This document shows, piece by piece, positions 63,737 through 64,000 of a DNA stretch of 64,000 nt (positions are counted from its first letter, which is position 1; each line of letters begins with the position of its first letter). Source of the stretch: Eledone cirrhosa. Its lineage: Eukaryota. Under the pieces are notes generated by a model that was not told where the DNA came from, ran no database searches, and saw nothing but the letters and a program-made list of their open reading frames with translations. The stretch covers positions 285,758,001-285,822,000 of the forward strand of contig OZ024740.1 in the NCBI GenBank assembly GCA_964016885.1. The letters are read 5' to 3'. A program made the position numbers and the translations under genes.

Positions 63737-64000
63737 AATAATAATAATGATATTAATGATAATGTTTTTCTATTAGCCACATGGGACTAACATTAAGAAA
63801 TCATAAAGGATGGCACAGGACAAAGTGTGGGTTTTTGTGTGTAAAGAAGCTTATAATAAAAACTAAAGAAATAAACATTTGAAAATCAAACAAAAAAAAT
63901 TCCAGAATGGGAAGAAGAACTCTGTGGGTTACTTGTGGAGAAAGCCCACAAAAGCCATGGCCACCCTGACCTCTAGCTGTTCTCCAATCTACAGGCATAC

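Overview
AT-rich, repeat-dense eukaryotic DNA. The repeat complement (tRNA-derived SINEs, RTE LINEs, long (TA)n/(CA)n tracts) suggests an octopus or related coleoid genome; this is inference from recalled repeat families. The only host coding sequence I can support is one 84-bp internal exon (16392-16475, +) of a RAPGEF2/6 (PDZ-GEF) gene, so the rest is probably giant intron. Mobile DNA includes about 30 copies of one tRNA-SINE family, further SINE families, RTE, Tx1/L1-like and CR1-like LINE fragments, and two DD37D (maT) transposons, one full length with a single stop. There are also two non-autonomous Helitrons, a 528-bp Mutator-like foldback with a 9-bp TSD, and several MITEs. The most notable unexplained structure is a recurring class of short foldbacks lodged in (TA)n tracts, several carrying hammerhead-ribozyme motifs (best at 39104-39225), read as Penelope-like pseudo-LTR footprints. 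Also notable are an apparent CpG-retaining domain at ~26-33.5 kb and a G:U-biased hairpin at ~3.6-3.8 kb. Nothing prokaryotic or CRISPR-like is supported. All alignments and counts were made by eye.
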